Made by a program: the position numbers and the translations under genes. From positions 183,161,725 through 183,225,724 of the forward strand of contig NC_068982.1 in assembly GCF_001194135.2 (NCBI RefSeq): a stretch of 64,000 nucleotides of DNA. The letters are read 5' to 3'. Below, piece by piece: positions 63,781-64,000 of this stretch. Every line of letters begins with the position of its first letter. The first letter of the stretch is position 1. Under the pieces are notes generated by a model. That model was given only the letters and a program-made list of their open reading frames with translations, did no database searches and was not told the origin of the DNA. The DNA is from Octopus bimaculoides (lineage: Eukaryota).

Positions 63781-64000
63781 ATTATATATATATATATATA
63801 AGCAATGTTAATTCTCTAAATGAAGTATTAACAGTAACTGCACGATAAAGTGTAGTATATTGCCACTTAAGTGTGGCTGACTCCTAGGGGTGGATGTTAC
63901 TGTTGCTTTTAGCCCCAAGAGGACATCTCCTCCAGCTGGCTTATCGACACACGACTGTGTCCTGTTTGCCAAGGGAAGTTATCCCTCTCACCATGATCTG

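Overview
AT-rich, repeat-saturated eukaryotic DNA from a short-read draft assembly with 7 N-gaps. The SINE, RTE and microsatellite repertoire points to an octopus or other coleoid cephalopod (inference, not database-checked). Almost all of the window appears to be intron of one minus-strand gene. Two well-supported exons (13599-13709 and 1589-1692) splice in frame to ...EKDLVESKKKTTALGKLFRNMGLRKSGRNKFSYKQHQGDPNAYEITMNDDDRIALMVMVKEGKITTEHALEV..., which matches the conserved N-terminal [27 protein letters not shown] block of SASH1 (SAM/SH3 scaffold; fly SKIP family). Several further ATG-bearing candidate exons (51582, 50505, 7320, 2510) could supply alternative N-termini, but they are unproven. 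The rest is decayed mobile DNA: CR1/L2-group, RTE and Tx1 LINE fragments, a Penelope-like RT remnant, a DD37D/maT transposase pseudogene, piggyBac-type MITEs and many tRNA-SINEs. There are also two structured tandem arrays (3.7-5.7 kb and 37.4-38.6 kb) and several degenerate hammerhead-ribozyme-like motifs. No intact transposon ORF, rRNA, true tRNA or CRISPR array was found. Nearly all ORFs in the supplied track are microsatellite or TE artefacts. Repeat boundaries are approximate (about +/-30 bp).
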